Shown one piece after another: positions 54,001 through 64,000 of a stretch of 64,000 nucleotides of DNA. The stretch is from NCBI GenBank assembly GCA_013265495.1, contig MU058540.1, positions 1,699,696 through 1,763,695 on the forward strand, written 5' to 3'. This DNA is from Vicugna vicugna. Lineage: Eukaryota. Each line of letters begins with the position of its first letter. The first letter of the stretch is position 1. Made by a program: the position numbers and the translations under genes. The notes beneath the pieces are model-generated. The model saw nothing but the letters and a program-made list of their open reading frames with translations, ran no database searches and had not been told where the DNA came from.

Positions 54001-55554
54001 GATGTGGGAGTATCTCATTTGTAAAATTTCATTTGTAAATTTGTCTGAGGCACTGGGTTCCTTGAGTAGGCTCCCCAAGGTCTGATTTCAGGACTTCACC
54101 AAGGGCTGGAGGATGGTATGTTAGACGGCGGCACCTACTGGTGAAAAGGAACATTACAGCTCGTGTGGGCCAAAGAGAAGCAACCGAATGTCTACCAACA
54201 GGACTGGACCAGGGCGTGGAGGGGCGGGTGAGGGCAGAAGAGGACTAGAATGAGTCTCTCTCTCTCCTCAGTAGCTCTTAGGCCTGAGTCAGGCTCATGA
54301 CTTGTTTTCCTCCAGTGCACTGAAGCTTCATGCCAACTGATTTTTGCAGGACAAGGTCGAGACAGTGAGAAATCTCAGCCTGGCTGTGATGCCCCTTAAC
54401 TTTTGCCGAGCCAGCCTGGCATGATGCCTAGGACAGCTCTCCACCTAAGACAGAGGAGAAGTGGTGGCATGAAGAGGGGAGAGCCTCTTGCCAAACAAGG
54501 GAGGCAAACTTTTCTAAGGGTATCAACACTCAGCATAAGCACACAACCCCTTCCAAGCTACAGGTTTTCAGCTTCTAAAAGAATTCTCAGTCCTATAAGA
54601 ACCCTTTTTGGAAACTATAATAGAAGCTATTGGGGGAACTGAGTTTTGGTTTACAGCAATTCGCTTTATGAATTGGTTCATTAATACCTTGGACTTTGCC
54701 TCAGAATCTCCACCCATCCTTTCTTTAAACCAGGTTACCAATAGGAATTATACTGTTAGACAGAAAGGTCCTCCTCCAGCTCTCCATCTTCTGTTCTGGG
54801 GAGGGAACCCAATGGGAATCTGGGGGAGGAGAGCCATAGGGAAACAGGGCAGGAGGAGCAAAGCCAAACCAGCTCTCAGCAAAGTTGGGAAGTTCCTTAT
54901 GAGTGTCCCTATAGGCCCTCCTTTGCCACATCTTTGTTATGGTTTCAACTGATAACTAACATTTTAACTGGCAAAGGCTTAATCCTGCCACCCTCTCTCA
55001 CAGGGATATTTGTATCTGGGACCCAAGGAACACAAGTTTAGCTCAAAGGACCTATCCTTTAATGATGGGATTTTAAGCATCAGTGTGAAAGATCTTTGAT
55101 GAAGGGGTAGAGATGATGAGGGTTCTGCCTCCTGAGTCTGCTTCCTCAAGGTTCAGATGAGGAAACTGCCTGTGGACCCCACCCCATCCACCTTGGTCCC
55201 AGGTCTCTGATTACCAATTTTCTCCCCAGTTTCTTCCCTCTGGTTGCTTTATCCAAACTGCCATCATCCAGTTCCGCAAACCTTTAGGGAGATCTTGAGC
55301 TCCAGCTTGGAAGGTTCCAATTCTGCTTCTTTGTCTTCCAGAATCTCAGAGTCTCTGTCCAGAAGAGTCCCCTCCTGGGTCCCCTGCATCTCTGTGGTCT
55401 CTCTTCATCTTGGCGTTTCCACACTGCTCCTCCATTTAATACCCTCTACTGATACCAGTCCTTTAGGCAACCCAAAGCATTCTCAGGCTAGTGGGAGGCA
55501 GAGAGGCAGGTCAGGAGATGTTCTACCTCTCCTTGGGATTCCCATGAGCTCACC

Positions 55555-57560
55555 ATTCCTTCATTCTTTCATCCATTCAGCAAGTATTCATTGAGCACAA
55601 TTATTGCCAGACATACATTTGGGGCTGAGGATACAGTGGTGACCAATATGGGTCTTCCCCTCAAAGGTTTGACAGACTAGTAAAGGGAAACAGACCATTA
55701 CAGAACAGCATGATTAGGGCCATCATGGGGGTAGGTTTCAAGGACCACTGAGCTCCAAGCCTGCTGGGGCAGTAAGAAGACTTCATAAACAAGGTACATT
55801 TAAGCTGGATCTTGAAGGGTAGTAGTGGTTTTCCATCTGGCAAGAACATGGTATGTGCCAGGCATGGTGTGGCTTGATTATACTGATGGTGATATCAGAA
55901 GAGAAACATGAAATGTCACTGGAGAGAAGGGGTCAGGACAGGCACAGAGGGCCATGGATGTCACATTAAGGAGCTGGAATTTAACCCTATCAGACAGTGG
56001 TCCACAGAGACACACTGAGTACCTGAACTGAGGCAGTGGCCATAGGGGTGGAGAGGAGAGATGGAATTGAGGGAGGTTTCAGAAGCTCCACCGTCAGGAT
56101 CTAGTGGTCTGTTAGATGAGGGAGGAGGAGAGAGTCTTCTCAGACTCTGAGAAATCCAGATGAGACTGCTGAGTGGGTTATGAAGCCATTAACCCCGAGA
56201 CAGAGATCAGGAAAAGGACAGGTCGGCGGGGAGTGCTGAGAGGAGCAGTGAATTTGGTTCAGGATTGGTTCAGCTTGTGATTTTGACAAATACCAATGGA
56301 AATATCTATAAGTAGGCAAAAATATAGGACTAGTTAGACAAGAGAGGAGGGAGCTGGAGATATAGATCTGAAATTGGACATATAGAATCAGAGCTAGAAG
56401 AAAAGTGGGGGCTGAGGCACAGATTTGGGTGTCACCAGCACACTGGTGGTAGCTGGAGCCATGAGGCTCCACAATATGGGGCAAACTGACCACTAACTTT
56501 GTGCTGGAACTTCCACACGACTTATCAGTAATCCTCCCACAACCTGCAAGTTCAGAATTTTATCCTCCCATTTTCTAGATGAGGAATTTGAAGCTCAGAG
56601 AGGTTAAGAAATTTGCTCAAATGCACCCATTGTTGGGGCTGGGATTTAAACTTAGAATCATCTGACCACAAAGCAGATATTCTTTCCTCCACCCTTGCTG
56701 TCCCCGGGTTAGAGTCCCTGGGGAGGTCACGTATGAGAAGTGAAAAAAGCCAAGCTAGAAGCCATTAAGAGGCCAGTGGAGGGGGAGTGGCCAGCAGGGT
56801 ATAGAGGAAAAGAAAACACTCCAAGAAGGGACAGGAAAATGTTCAGAGGCTTCTGATAATGCAGGGAGGCCAGGCTAGATAAGGGCTGGCAGGCAGCCCC
56901 AGACATGGAGATGTGGAAGTCAGTGGAGACCTAACAGAGGGGTGGTAGTGGGCCTGGGCTGGACTGCACAAGGGTGAGGAGTTCAAGAAGCAGTGAAGTG
57001 GAGACGGAGAGCAGGAGTCCTCCTCCTAGAAGCTCTGGAGACTGGAAGGACAAGAGGCAGCAGGGTCTGGAGGTTTGTTGTCGCTACTGTGGGATGCCAC
57101 AGGTTACACTGTGTTTGTAGGAGAAAGAGCTGCAGTGAGAGATTCCGGAGAGGGAGGGGATAACTGACAGCACCAGCTCCCTGTAGGGGCAAGAGGAAAG
57201 GGGATCCCTGCACATGGATGTGGGATTGGCCTTGGTAAAAGGAGGGACCCTTTTCCCAGCAGTGGAGGGAGACGGTGAGGGTGGGTGGGAGATAGACAGC
57301 TCATGCCAGGTCGCTTCTGGCTTCTCAATGAAACAGGAGTTCAGAGCGCTCATTGAAGAATTAAGGGGGCTGAGGTTGGCAGAAGGGAATCTGAAGTTTG
57401 GAAGAGCAGCTGTGTAGAAAGGGACAGAGCAAAGGCTCAGGGCAGTTTGGAGACTTGCCTTGTGATGTGAAGTCTGGAATCACACATCAGTGTTGATGCC
57501 AATTGGCAGGTTGGAGATTTTTGTTTCCTTTATGGAAGGAGCCAGGGAGCAGGTGGGGAG
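55555..57560 (-). mobile_element. Long degenerate L2 (LINE-2) remnant with a nested MIR (~56500-56700)
   Basis: Starts with the (ttca)n L2 tail and aagtattcattgagcac. The body is purine-rich, as expected for antisense L2. Confidence 0.7.
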
Positions 57561-59883
57561 GAAGCAGGTGGCAAAGTGATTCAGATGTGGGGGTGGGCAG
57601 GGAGGAAGGGCTGGGAGGACACTGGGATGAGGGGCCAAGAGGGCTGCCCAAGTAGAGAGGCTGAAACAGGTGTGGGCAGCTCAGACCAGGCTACACCCCT
57701 AGTCCACCAAGCCCTGGCAGGACTGCCAGTGGACCTTTCCATAAAGACAAAACCAAGGGCCCTGGAACAAGGTACTCCCAGAATCCCAAGGCCAGAACAG
57801 ACTTTGAGAGAGAGTGTTACTTACAATCTTCTGCTTATATGGCCAACCTGCTCCTCAGCCATCCTGGACAGGTGGGAAACAAGGACTGACCAGGGTCAAC
57901 CCGGTCAGTGGACCTAGTATGATCCTCCCCACTCCTTTCTTCTATTTCTTTTATTGTTCTTTTCCCTCTCTCTCTTTCCATCAATCAGATTTTTGTTTAT
58001 ATTTCTATCTTGTCCGTCTCTTTCTTTTTAAGTGTCATCAAGATTCAGCTCAAATCCCTCCTAATGTCCACAGAGTCTTCTTGGATGATCAACTTTTGTT
58101 TCCTCTGACTTTCTCTCACTCTCTCTGTCTAAATCGTTTGATGTTGCATTCGGATACTGTTTTGCATATACAAATCTTGCCTTCCTAGTAAGACTCAGGG
58201 CATTTGGGGGATTTGCCTTGTGATGCGAACGGCTCTGGAATCATATACTGGTGCTGCTATACCTCTTTGATCAGGGACCACATTTTCTATTTCTTTTGTA
58301 CACTCTAGAGGGCCTATGACAGTATGTTGGGAGAAGGATATGAGATAAGTACCATATGCCACTTGATAGGATTCCTAACTGATCAAATCATCAGGAAAAG
58401 AGAACTGGAAGAGGAGGACTGGCAGCTCGGGGTACAGGCTAAGGAGCACTGATCCAGGAGTCAGAAGTCAGGGGAGACATGGATTCTGCTTTGAGCTTTG
58501 TCTCTTAAATATGTTGCATGACTGAGGGCAGTCTCTTGACCTCTTGTCATCAAAGGTGATGGCTAAAGTCCTCTGAAATTCTACTCCTGTATGAGCCTCC
58601 CGAGCAAGGGTACTGCCCTACTATCTCTTGTATGTGAAGGGGCTGGTCTGTGACCCTCACATCATTTGGGGCTGGTCTGCTCCAAATCATTCAACTGTAA
58701 TAGTAGCAATAATGTGGATTCAGAGGAGGCAGAACGGAGGACAGAGGAGGCATATATATTTCAGAGTCAGGCCTGGGCCCCGAGTCCTGGCTTTGCCTCT
58801 TCTTAGTCGGTCATCCAGGCAGGTTGACCTACTTTAGCCTGTTTTCCCATCAACAGAATGAGGCTAACAATTCTTGCCTGCTAGGCTTATGGTGGAGGGC
58901 CTGGGACAGTGCCTGGAACAGAGAAGAGCACTGAGTAGATGGTAGTTGTGCACTCTGATGTGTGTCTCAGAGTGTCTGTGCCTTCTTCAGGCAGGGGAGG
59001 AGGTGCAAGGTGGTAGGGATAGAGGGATTCCAGAGCTACCCTACCAGGTAGGTCCGTGGCCTTCTGCTTTCCCATTTGGAAGTGCTGCTGACAAGGACAG
59101 TGTGCTTGAACGCATGGCATTTTGGGAACCTTCTCAGTAGGATTGTGTGACAGACAGGAACCTATGGAGGGTGGTGAGAATCAAGACTAGCTGGCTGCAC
59201 TCACACCCAGCTGCATTAAAGTCTGGTCTGGGACAAGACTGTTCCTTCCCAGGCACTACTACACCTTTGCTATCCAATACTTGTGGCCTTTGTTTCTTCT
59301 GAAAAGTGGTAGAAAAAACAACAATAGCCACCACCTATTGAATGTCTACTATGTGCCAAGGGTTTTCCATTCATGATCTCATTTAATTTAACACCATGAC
59401 CCTATGAGTCAGGTGTTTTTATTCCCTTTGACAGAAGAGAAAAATAAAGCTTACTGAGATCGAGTAACTGACCTGGGTCAGACAGCTGAAATACAAACTG
59501 CAGGTTTATTTTACTCTAGAGTCCCTAGAGTTAGACAGTGATGTCCACCTCACCTATGAGGTTGTATGAGCACACCTTTCTTTATTCTACATGAGGAGGC
59601 TAAAGCTCAAGAGAGATGAAATAACTCACCCAAAATAGATAGATGGCTGGGAAATGCTGGGCCCAACACTGACCTTGGAGTAGTCTAGTTTCAAGGTGTA
59701 CCTGTTCTCCATTACTACTACTAGATAGTCACTGGACTTATTTTAGAGATGGGGAAGCTGAGGAGCAGAGACAAAAAGCAAAGGCTCATGGAAGGAGACC
59801 TGCCAGGGGAGGTGAATTCCCTGAATGCGGCAGTGCTCTGGCAGAAGTATCCTTAGATGCAGGATCAGAACCAAGATATATCA

Positions 59884-60063
59884 AGGGAGAGGGTATAGCT
59901 CAAGTGGTAGAATACATGCTTAGCATGCATAAGGTCCTGGGTTCAATCCCCAGTACCTCCTCTAAAAATAAATAAATCTAATTATCTCCCCACACACCCC
60001 ACCCTGTGAAAATAAAATGAATAATACTATAATAAATAAATAAAATATTTGAAAAAAAAAAAA
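59884..60063 (+). mobile_element. Full-length tRNA-derived SINE (camelid type)
   Basis: A box TAGCTCAAGTGG, B box GGTTCAATCC and an A-rich tail. 12-bp TSD caagatatatca at 59872-59883 / 60064-60075. Confidence 0.92.
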
Positions 60064-62754
60064 CAAGATATATCAGCTATGGGTCCCCCAGCCCCATCTT
60101 CTCCCTAGACATTCGCAGGAGAAATTAGAATGAAATGAATGTCAGAGGTATCCCTGAAGGAAAGTAAAGTCTAAAAGCAAACTGCAGCCTGAGAGGTGAG
60201 TGTGGGAGGCCCAGAGAACCCAGGAACATTTTGCCCCTGCCGGTTAGGGTAAGGCATATGCTGCTGCTTTTGTAGTAGCACTTGCAAGTGCCACCTCATT
60301 ATTCCTTCCTTGTCGTCTTTCTGAGTCATTTTTCAGTTGTGAGTCCCTGCAGAAGTGGACAGGGCAGAGGACAATGTGACCAGCACCCCAGTGCACAATA
60401 CCCTGGTGATATAAGACCTGTTTCTGCTCCTATAGAATTCCCTGAACGGCCAGGGATGGGTGGAACTAGATTGGATGAGGGGAGCAGGGCAGGGAACTGC
60501 ATCTTCTGCCCAGATGTAGAGAAAGCTCACCTTCCTAGAGAAGCAGAGGAAATGAACAGAAGAAAATGAAAAAAAATAATAATAAGAAGAAAGAAACTAG
60601 AGTAAAAGACACTGAGCCTCCCAGAGATATAGTAGTTAAGATGGGGCAACCCATTCTCCCTCCCAAGTCAGGCACTGTCCATACTCAGAGGAAATCATGC
60701 TGACTTGGAGAGAAGGTCTGAGATAACCTATTAATCTGCCCATACAGAATCTCCTACATGACCACCTCACCTGTGGTTTAGACGGTGGGCTGGAGCCCTC
60801 CTCCCTCCGGACCCAGAGGAGCTTACACCAGTGTCCAAAGCAAGGCAGAGACAAAGCAAGGACTGTGCAATCTCCCTTCCCTGCCTTGGGGGGCTAATCA
60901 GCCCTCTGTGCCCCCATGTAGATCAGGTACTGTCTGGCAACCTCCAATTGTTTTTCTTTTTTTCTTTTTAAACCACTCTCCTGTTTGGGGCAGAGAGGAT
61001 GGCGTGTTTGCACTTGTCCTCCAGCCCTACACATAATAGGTGGCAGCAGGCAAAGCTGCTTCAAGGGGAGAGGTTTACAAATGGAATGAAGGAGGGAGGG
61101 ATCCTAGAGTGACAGGACTGAAAGGGACCTCAGAGATCACCTGACCCAAACTTTCATGGCCTCCACACCATTTCCATGATCCAAGTGCCCCCATCCCAAC
61201 CATCATCTTTCATGTCATGCAGAGGTTCTCAAACTCTCCTTCCCCAGGCTTCCTAAGGGCACTGTCTCCTTCCCACCACTGAGCTAACCCACCCTCTTAT
61301 TTTCTAGATGAGGAAACTGAGGCCCATTAAGGTGTGACTTGCCCAAAGGTAATCGTCATCCCAGGGTAGAGTGCGGACAAGAAACCCAAATACCTGAATC
61401 TGTTTGCATCCTCCTACTTTTCCACTCAATCCCTAGGGAAAGAAGGGCTCAGTTCTTCTCCCTAGGGGTTAAGGAAGCCTTTGACAAAGTCCACTAGCTG
61501 ATGTGGGCTGCTAGTGTCAAGGGTCTAAGAACTGAGTTATTTTCAGGGAGATACTGGTCATTGTCCCTTCCTCCTTGGTACCCTGAGGGCTCTGTGAGGT
61601 TAGTCTAGGTTCGAACGGTCTTTTCCCCGCAGAAGATTTGCTCTGAAGAATAAGTAACTGCCCAGGGCCTGGCAGTCTCATTCTGACCAAAGCTCCATAC
61701 TCCAAAGCTCCTACCAAGAGGAGCTTTCCTCTTTCCCCTGGGATGTAAAGAAAGAAGATGCAGAGCTGGTAAATGCACCAGGAGGCATTGTCCATGGTTC
61801 AGGGACACTGCTCTTTGGCAAACGTTGCCCTTAGTTTTAAAAATACCATGTATCTTTCCTTTTCTGCCCGTGCAAGTTGGAAGGATGAAGGCTTAACAAT
61901 GTTCTGGTCAGGACCACATCTTGAAGGTGGGAGGTCAGGTTTGGAGGAGAATGTCGTGCTTACCTTTGGGTCTTTGTGTTCATACACATAGGCAGGTTTC
62001 TATGGGTTAGCTTTTGCTCATGTGTTGAGCGCATGAGAGTTTTATCCATGAGCTCAGGTCTATAGGGATAGGGTGCTCAGTGAGCTATCTCCAACGCCTT
62101 AACTGCAAGGGAGTCTGCCCTGGAGCTGGCAGTTTCAGCTGAGGGAAGGATACTTTCTTCTTGGTCTTCAATTAAAGTGTACTCAGCACTAGAAATGAAG
62201 ATTGAGTCCAGAGAGGGGAATGGGGTGGGGGGACTGTGTAAGAGCTGGGAGGGTGTAACTCGGCCCGTTGTCGGAGCCGCTCTCAGTTTTTCGAGGTCCT
62301 GTGTGGCTGTGTCCCGCGTATCGGGCCGTGGCGGCGGGCATGCCTGAGTGCCCGTGCGATCCGGTCCTCCCCGGCCTCCCCGACACCCTTCGCTCTCTTT
62401 GTCTCCTCTCGTAAACCTGCGTGCAAACCTGCGTCGCACACGGCCCTCTTCGCGTGCGAGCGCGGGGGCGCACCCTAGCTCCCCAACTCTTTCCTCCAGG
62501 CTCTCCTCTCTAGGACGAGCCGAAGCCGGGTGCTGTTTGGTCTGGAGCGGAGCGGGGCTTGCATTGATCCATTGATTGTGCGCGGTTTGCGCCTGACCTC
62601 CTTGCTCCCGGGGAAGCCGTCTCCATGGAGACCGGGCCCGCTCCCCCAGCGCCGGATTGTAAATTCCTGCAGGCAGCGGCCCGGCAGCCTGGGGAGGGGG
62701 CCGCCGCGCCCGGGCGCACAGGGGGAGCGGCGGCCGCGCCGAGGCCCCATTTGA

Positions 62755-62930
62755 AAGAAAAAAGGGCACGAAAAAGGAGGTGGTGGTGCTGGAGGAGGAG
62801 GTTGGGGGAGGAGGAAGAAAACGAAAAGGACGAGGAGAGGAGGAGAAAGAGGAGGAGAAAGGAGAAGAAAAAGAGACGGAGCCTGAGAGACGGAGAAAGA
62901 GCGAGAGAAGAAGAAAGAGGCAGAAAGGGC
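62755..62930 (+). repeat. GA-rich polypurine low-complexity tract
   Basis: Almost entirely purine (gaggaggagaaag...) within the CpG island. Confidence 0.85.
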
Positions 62931-63133
62931 GTGTTTCTGGCTCCGCGTTTCCCCTCCCCTTTCTCAGGTCCCTCGCTCGGGCTCTGCGCGCTCTCCGGCT
63001 GCAGCTCTCTCCCGGCGAAGCTGGGAATTGGGTGGGATTATACGGAGCAGCCCCGCCGCCGCCGCTAGCGGAGCCGGGCTTGGAGAGGGCGGGGGTTCCC
63101 CTCCGTCAGCGGCGCCGGGCGCCCCCAGCCTAG

Positions 63134-64000
<867 letters not shown>

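Noticed and set aside
59885..59960. tRNA-like sequence with A and B boxes
   Set aside because: It has a SINE body, an A-rich tail and a 12-bp TSD, and a second copy sits at 13772. It is a SINE, not a tRNA gene.
62077..62769. 230-aa minus-strand ORF and other long ORFs at 63130-63649
   Set aside because: These are Pro/Arg/Ala/Gly-rich frames expected from stop-poor CpG-island DNA, with no recognisable domain.

Overview
Mammalian genomic DNA, not microbial. It is most likely camelid (camel, alpaca or llama), inferred from tRNA-derived SINEs and young L1 3' ends that resemble camelid families. The only coding sequence I can support is the first coding exon of SCUBE3 (63362-63446, + strand, signal peptide, phase-1 GT donor), inside a promoter CpG island. 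The preceding ~62 kb is the gene's upstream intergenic region, filled with old L1/L2/MIR/MaLR/hAT remnants and a few younger insertions. Most ORF-track entries are spurious or L1 remnants. The most notable structure is a pair of inverted solo ERV1-type LTRs (42850-43484 and 44081-44722). Their 4-bp target-site duplications are reciprocally swapped, showing that the 596-bp spacer was inverted by LTR-LTR recombination, and a 229-bp perfectly identical core suggests gene conversion. Other observations are an L1 3' transduction bounded by a 15-bp TSD, two ~60-bp locally templated insertions, a solo LTR with a tandem CCAAT array, an orphan CpG island ~31 kb upstream of SCUBE3, and several motif-dense enhancer candidates. 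Repeat family names come from visual recognition and boundaries without TSDs are approximate. No new protein-coding system is evident.
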